Of a DNA stretch of 11,959 nt, positions 9,201 to 11,959 are shown one piece after another. Every line of letters starts with the position of its first letter. Within the stretch, counting starts at the first letter, position 1. Made by a program: the position numbers and the translations under genes. The notes beneath the pieces are model-generated. The model was not told where the DNA came from and searched no databases. It worked only from the letters and a program-made list of their open reading frames with translations. The stretch comes from a virus. Location of the stretch: the UHGV virus genome UHGV-0320335; one strand, given 5' to 3'.

Positions 9201-9491
9201 TCGGGCATTCACGGAACTCCATTCATCGGCCAGAGAAATCAGGTGTCCGGTGGCAAAGGCACCTGCAAATGCCCCCGCCGTTCCGGCAGCTGAAGCGCGG
9301 ATTTCCGTCAACTGGCTGTTCAGCTCAGCCAGGGCGCGTCGCTGCTCCCGGGCGACTGCGGCAGCCTGACGCCCGCCATTCTGCAGGGTCCGGTAATATT
9401 CACTGCCCATGCGGGAAGCCCGCTGGATCTCCGACTGGAATGACTGCGAATTTGCCGAAATTTTGATAATCAGTTCACGTAACGTCACCAT
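6249..9491 (-). CDS. H: Tail tape measure protein, 1080 aa
   Basis: Long Ala/Gln/Glu/Arg/Leu-rich, coiled-coil-like protein with an internal hydrophobic Gly-rich segment (TGALGLVGGVPGLVMLGAAAWY) and C-terminal ...IAIQNDGTNGQIGPEAAG...MRRDGGMLSG resembling the lambda gpH C-terminus; AAGGTG Shine-Dalgarno before the ATG at 9491; position between G-T and M. Confidence 0.9.
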   Translation of the reverse strand: MVTLRELIIKISANSQSFQSEIQRASRMGSEYYRTLQNGGRQAAAVAREQRRALAELNSQLTEIRASAAGTAGAFAGAFATGHLISLADEWSSVNARLKQASQSSDEFSSSQKVLMDISQRTGTAFSDNAALFARSAASMREYGYSADDVLKVTEAISTGLKISGASTAEAGSVITQFSQALAQGVLRGEEFNSVNESGDRIVRALAAGMGVARKDLKAMADDGKLTADKVVPALISQLGVLRDEYAAMPETVSDGITKVENAFMAWVGGANEASGATKTLSGVLNGVAGNIDNVATAAGALVAVGVARYFGNMASGAVSATAGLVTAARNEVALAEAQLRGTQIATARARAAVYCAQQAVAAARGTEMQIAAEARLAATQERLNRNIAARTAAQNALNSTTAVGSRLMTGALGLVGGVPGLVMLGAAAWYTLYQNQEQARESARQYALTIDEIAHKTLSMSLPEASDNEGRTRAALAEQNRLIDEQASRVKSLQEKIAGYQYVLANPGWTTGDGFMINHLTSVKTVTEGLSQATEQLAVEQSRLAQMQEKAQSIQDVLAGLEDRRVALIRQQAAEQNKVYQSMLVMNGQHTEFNRLLGLGNELLQQRQGLVNVPLRLPQATLDDKQQSALTKTERELALSRLKGEEKERVRLGYAADDLGFVGEPYQEARQRYISNALEAWRNNEANKPKSRGGKSETEKAEDSFSRLLKQQKEQLALAGQNTELAKLKYQTAQGELKTLTEMQKQELLRNAALIDQQKIREQLRSREETLKNDNVAARASNEAELLGYGQGERLRERMRELQQIRDSFRQKDADLQSQYQTGDISEDFYRQALAQNAQYLSERLKEQEAFYAESDVQRADWQKGLQEGFSNWVDNASDYASQAAQLATEGISGMVNNITEMLNGNKVEWRSWASSVLQEISKVLMNAAIVNGIKTAANSMSGAGGFIGSIGSWLGGAVANAKGGVYTSANLSAYSNSIVDTPTYFAFAKGAGLMGEAGPEAIMPLTRAADGSLGVRAVGSMNGSAGLVYSPVYHIAIQNDGTNGQIGPEAAGSLVQLIDQRVQAVMLSMRRDGGMLSG

Positions 9492-9509
9492 TCACCTTTC
9501 TCCGGGCGT

Positions 9510-9530
9510 AAAAAAACCGCCTCAGCGGTT
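9510..9530 (-). terminator. Weak terminator-like hairpin plus U-tract between T and H
   Basis: AACCGC (9515-9520) pairs with GCGGTT (9525-9530), 4-nt loop; on the minus strand followed by a run of 5 T (plus 9510-9514). Short stem, so low confidence. Confidence 0.3.
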
Positions 9531-9538
9531 CTCATCAT

Positions 9539-9853
9539 TCATGACTGTGCTGCAAAGCTCAGCGCGTCTTCCAGCGCCGCAAACGGATCCACCTCCGGCT
9601 TATCCTCATCCTCGCCCCAGCAGAGCATGGCGTCCTTCAGTGCAACATTCATCCCCTGTGCCCCAAAAACCGCTTTCACGATCTGTGCATTACGGATATC
9701 CCCGCGCTCATCACCCAGCGGGGATACCCTGTCGAACTCCATCCACATCATCGCCTCGCTCACACTCAGGCTGTGCCGCAGTTCGGATAAGGTGCGCCCC
9801 AGACGGAGCGCAAGTCGCATCAGAAAGCGAATTTCCGGGCGGGCTACTTTTTT
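9539..9853 (-). CDS. T: T segment of the G-T tail assembly chaperone fusion, expressed by -1 programmed ribosomal frameshift from G
   Basis: ORF in the -1 frame relative to G, open from the slippery site through stop at 9539; contains MRLALRLGRTLSELRHSLSVSEAMMWMEF...; frame relationship verified base by base (G codons top coordinate 0 mod 3, T codons 1 mod 3). Confidence 0.75.
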   Translation of the reverse strand, partial: KKVARPEIRFLMRLALRLGRTLSELRHSLSVSEAMMWMEFDRVSPLGDERGDIRNAQIVKAVFGAQGMNVALKDAMLCWGEDEDKPEVDPFAALEDALSFAAQS

Positions 9854-10218
9854 CTGGCCGACTCTGCATCAGCGATCAGTTCCAGTGCCTGACGCAGCAA
9901 CCGGGCATGTACCGGACCATAGACGGCCAGCACCTGCTCACGGTCGTCCGGAGCGAACACCCGCTGCAGATCCGTATCACACAGGACATCGCAGAACAGC
10001 GTCACATCCGCTTCCAGGTTACGGCGGGTTTTCGCCACCACCGACAGGGTATCGTCATCCTCTCCATCACCATTGAGCACTTCCTGCCACAGATACCAGG
10101 CCTCTGCCGAAGGCTCCCGCAGCACCACGCTGACATTACCCCATTCCGGCACCTTCACCGTTTTATGACGAAACCCTGACAGTCTGGCCAGCGCCAGCGT
10201 TTTCAGATCCTTTTTCAT
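9844..10218 (-). CDS. G: Tail assembly chaperone G, about 124 aa
   Basis: Translation MKKDLKTLALARLSGFRHKTVKVPEWGNVSVVLREPSAEAWYLWQEVL...ESARKK; acidic protein directly downstream of V and upstream of the tape measure, ending at the frameshift site. Start 10218 is preferred over the track's 10266 because it lies 14 nt after the V stop (TAA 10235-10233) rather than overlapping V. Confidence 0.8.
   Translation of the reverse strand: MKKDLKTLALARLSGFRHKTVKVPEWGNVSVVLREPSAEAWYLWQEVLNGDGEDDDTLSVVAKTRRNLEADVTLFCDVLCDTDLQRVFAPDDREQVLAVYGPVHARLLRQALELIADAESARKK
9847..9853 (-). promoter_or_regulatory. -1 programmed ribosomal frameshift slippery heptamer A AAA AAG
   Basis: Minus strand reads AGA AAA AAG TAG in the G frame; heptamer A_AAA_AAG (plus-strand CTTTTTT at 9847-9853) lies 1 codon before the G stop, and the -1 frame continues GTA GCC CGC CCG GAA ATT CGC TTT CTG ATG... 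into T. Confidence 0.7.
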
Positions 10219-10232
10219 GATGCCCCATCCCC

Positions 10233-10949
10233 TTATCCGGCGGCTGCGCTCACTGTCACGGTGCATTCAACAGACGTCACACTCTGTGCTTTCTCTGCCG
10301 AATCGGTCACCACGCAGGTATATTTCCCCGCATCAGCGGACTGCGCACCTGGCTTACTGAAGGTGTCTGTCGTCTGCCCGTCAACCGGCTGACCATCCTT
10401 CTTCCAAGCGTATTTATACGGCGGCGTTCCCCCGTTGGCACTGACTGACATTGTCAGCAGCGCACCTGTATTCACGGTAAGTGTTTTATCCAGATTTTTC
10501 ACAAACGCCAGCGGTACCACAAAGGACACCGGTTTGCCTTTCATACGCAGTGAAAACGTTGCTGCCACCACGCCGTTGGTACCGGATGACCAGGTGTGCT
10601 GACGCACTTCCGCCAGGAACTTAAAGCCCTTACCGGACGGAAACAGCACCTTAAACGCATACAACGCGTCATTGTCATAGGCATCACGCAGGGCGTTCTG
10701 GGCCTGATTCAGATAAAAATTACCCGACATGGAAATCTCAGACGACGCCCCCAGACCGTTGATGTTCTCCTGCTCGGTGGAGCAGAGCGTGGTCACATCA
10801 ATATCCTGTTTCTGACCGGCGGTGAACTGGACTTCCTTGATGGTGCAATCCAGGCGCAGATATTCCGCCTTATCCATAGTTTCAGCAGTCGCCGGGGCAG
10901 ATGAAATCATCACCTGCGTCAGCTGTGAGCGTTCATACAAAGCAGACAT
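10233..10949 (-). CDS. V: Major tail (tube) protein with a C-terminal Ig-like domain, about 238 aa
   Basis: Start chosen at the internal ATG (10949-10947) preceded by AGGAGG Shine-Dalgarno (plus 10955-10960), giving MSALYERSQLTQVMISSAPATAETMDKAEYLRLDCTIKEVQF...; C-terminal ...GGTPPYKYAWKKDGQPVDG...AGKYTCVVTD... is a typical Ig-like fold signature; position upstream of G as in lambda. Confidence 0.85.
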   Translation of the reverse strand: MSALYERSQLTQVMISSAPATAETMDKAEYLRLDCTIKEVQFTAGQKQDIDVTTLCSTEQENINGLGASSEISMSGNFYLNQAQNALRDAYDNDALYAFKVLFPSGKGFKFLAEVRQHTWSSGTNGVVAATFSLRMKGKPVSFVVPLAFVKNLDKTLTVNTGALLTMSVSANGGTPPYKYAWKKDGQPVDGQTTDTFSKPGAQSADAGKYTCVVTDSAEKAQSVTSVECTVTVSAAAG

Positions 10950-10965
10950 TCTGCCTCCTGATAAT

Positions 10966-10986
10966 AAAAAACCCGCACGCGGCGGG
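10966..10986 (-). terminator. Terminator-like hairpin plus U6 immediately upstream of the V ribosome-binding site
   Basis: CCCGC (10972-10976) pairs with GCGGG (10982-10986), 5-nt loop; on the minus strand followed by TTTTTT (plus 10966-10971) and then the V Shine-Dalgarno. Short stem. Confidence 0.35.
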
Positions 10987-11013
10987 GTATGGTTTTGTAG
11001 AAAAAAGAAAAAG

Positions 11014-11358
11014 TCACACCGTGACCTGAAACTCCAGGGTTGCACGGTAACAGCGGTTTTCCGGAATATAGTCCTGCATTTCACTGACGGATCCCGGGGC
11101 CAGCAGCATTATGGCTTCACGGGCGTCCTGACGTATCTGACGCGCCTGCGTCACAGTCCCGGCATAAACGTCTATCTGCACCGACACTGAGGACTCCGCC
11201 TGCCCGCCCATCACGTCCGCTGACACCGATGAAATCAGGCTGAAAACCACCCACGGAAGCGCCACCGACGGCCTGCCATCCAGCAGGGGGACCACATACG
11301 GGTACACCTGCCCGCCGGCAAGATGCGCCAGATGAGGATACAAATCCGCCTCCGTCAT
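11014..11358 (-). CDS. Tail terminator / tail completion protein (U position), 114 aa; function assigned mainly by synteny
   Basis: ORF MTEADLYPHLAHLAGGQVYPYVVPLLDGRPSVALPWVVF... between the gp10-like gene and V; start ATG overlaps the upstream stop (ATGA), indicating translational coupling. Confidence 0.55.
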   Translation of the reverse strand: MTEADLYPHLAHLAGGQVYPYVVPLLDGRPSVALPWVVFSLISSVSADVMGGQAESSVSVQIDVYAGTVTQARQIRQDAREAIMLLAPGSVSEMQDYIPENRCYRATLEFQVTV

Positions 11359-11801
11359 CGTCTCAGTACCTCATCAATGGCCCGGTTCATCCGCGCAATC
11401 GCCACCTGAGCTGCCTGTTCACTGCGCACATCAAACGCCGGGCGCACAAACGGGTGCGGTGGCATATTCACAGTCCCCATTTCCACAAACCGCCAGTAGA
11501 AAGCATTGCGCGGGTTATCCGCCTTCATAGTGTTATCGCTGTTACCGGTGTCCGGATTAACACCACGGATATGGACACCGGATTCCATCCCGCCATCGCG
11601 GGAGCGCCGGGAAAGGATCACCACATTGCGGCGCAGTTTTCCCCTGCGTACCGGTGCCCGTGACACCACTTCTTCTTTCAGCACATTCGCACCCGCACGG
11701 GTTGCCTCACGCAGCACCCGGTTATTTTCCGCACCACTCAGAAGCTGCAAATCGCGGCTGATGTCCTCCAGCCCCGAAAAATCCAGCAGGGTTTCGATCA
11801 T
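11355..11801 (-). CDS. HK97 gp10-family head-tail joining / tail component protein (lambda Z position), 148 aa
   Basis: Translation MIETLLDFSGLEDISRDLQ...NAFYWRFVEMGTVNMPPHPFVRPAF... fits my recollection of the HK97 gp10 family; GGGAGGGG Shine-Dalgarno 4 nt upstream of the ATG at 11801. Confidence 0.7.
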   Translation of the reverse strand: MIETLLDFSGLEDISRDLQLLSGAENNRVLREATRAGANVLKEEVVSRAPVRRGKLRRNVVILSRRSRDGGMESGVHIRGVNPDTGNSDNTMKADNPRNAFYWRFVEMGTVNMPPHPFVRPAFDVRSEQAAQVAIARMNRAIDEVLRR

Positions 11802-11822
11802 TTTTCCCCTCCCAGCCGACCT

Positions 11823-11853
11823 GTCTCTTGATCAGATCTCCTGATCAAGAGAC
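11823..11853. repeat. Perfect 13-bp inverted repeat with 5-bp spacer (GTCTCTTGATCAG-ATCTC-CTGATCAAGAGAC) containing three GATC sites; 11821-11839 matches the Tn5/IS50 inside-end 19-mer
   Basis: Verified base by base; spans the stop codon (TGA, 11834-11832) of the upstream gene and sits 20-30 nt upstream of the gp10-like gene RBS. No T-tract on either side, so not a terminator. Confidence 0.8.
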
Positions 11854-11959
11854 TTCATCACCAGGTAACCCTCAACCATATCCTGAAGTCTGAACCAGCC
11901 ATCCCACATGACTACCCAACCGGGGCGACCGGTGCGTTTGCTGTCATGCCATCGCCCCA
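11832..11959 (-). CDS. C-terminal 41 codons of an upstream gene, probably a head-tail joining/connector-module protein; 5' end beyond the window
   Basis: Open minus-strand frame from the window edge translating ...GRWHDSKRTGRPGWVVMWDGWFRLQDMVEGYLVMKSLDQEI, stop TGA at 11834-11832; function inferred only from position upstream of the gp10-like gene. Confidence 0.5.
   Translation of the reverse strand, partial: GRWHDSKRTGRPGWVVMWDGWFRLQDMVEGYLVMKSLDQEI

Noticed and set aside
10219-10266. Alternative G start at 10266 (MHRDSERSRRIRGWGI...)
   Set aside because: It would overlap the V 3' end by about 33 nt; the ATG at 10218, 14 nt after the V stop, is the more parsimonious start. Not excluded experimentally.
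10950-11084. N-terminal 45-codon extension of the V ORF in the track (283 aa starting at 11084)
   Set aside because: It overlaps the 3' end of the upstream gene and runs through a hairpin/U-tract; the internal ATG at 10949 has a strong AGGAGG Shine-Dalgarno and gives a clean N-terminus.
11821-11839. Calling an IS50/Tn5 mobile element insertion
   Set aside because: Only a single 19-bp end-like sequence is present; the flanking sequence is not IS50 transposase coding sequence, and there is no second end or transposase gene in the window. Reported as a finding, not annotated as a mobile element.
1-11959. CRISPR arrays, tRNA or rRNA genes, integrase or attachment sites
   Set aside because: No regularly spaced direct repeats, no cloverleaf-compatible tRNA-like segments noticed, and no integrase-like ORF; the window is internal to the structural gene cluster.

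Overview
This window is the tail-morphogenesis module of a lambda-like (lambdoid) siphovirus or prophage, encoded entirely on the minus strand in lambda gene order. Reading from high to low coordinates: the 3' end of an upstream head-tail joining gene, an HK97 gp10-family gene, a U-position gene, major tail protein V, chaperones G and G-T (with a -1 frameshift site), tape measure H, M, L, K, I, host-specificity protein J, an intrinsic terminator, and the start of the lom outer-membrane moron. The long plus-strand ORFs in the track are antisense artefacts of GC-rich coding sequence. I see no CRISPR array, tRNA or rRNA, and no self-contained novel defence or effector system. The most interesting non-coding signals are (i) a 240-bp AT-rich I-J spacer with a plus-strand promoter-like element and intrinsic terminator, i.e. 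a candidate ~100-nt opposite-strand small RNA, and (ii) a 13-bp perfect inverted repeat rich in GATC sites whose 19 bp match, from memory, the Tn5/IS50 inside end. All protein identifications rest on recalled similarity to lambda and HK97 family proteins and on synteny; no database search was run.
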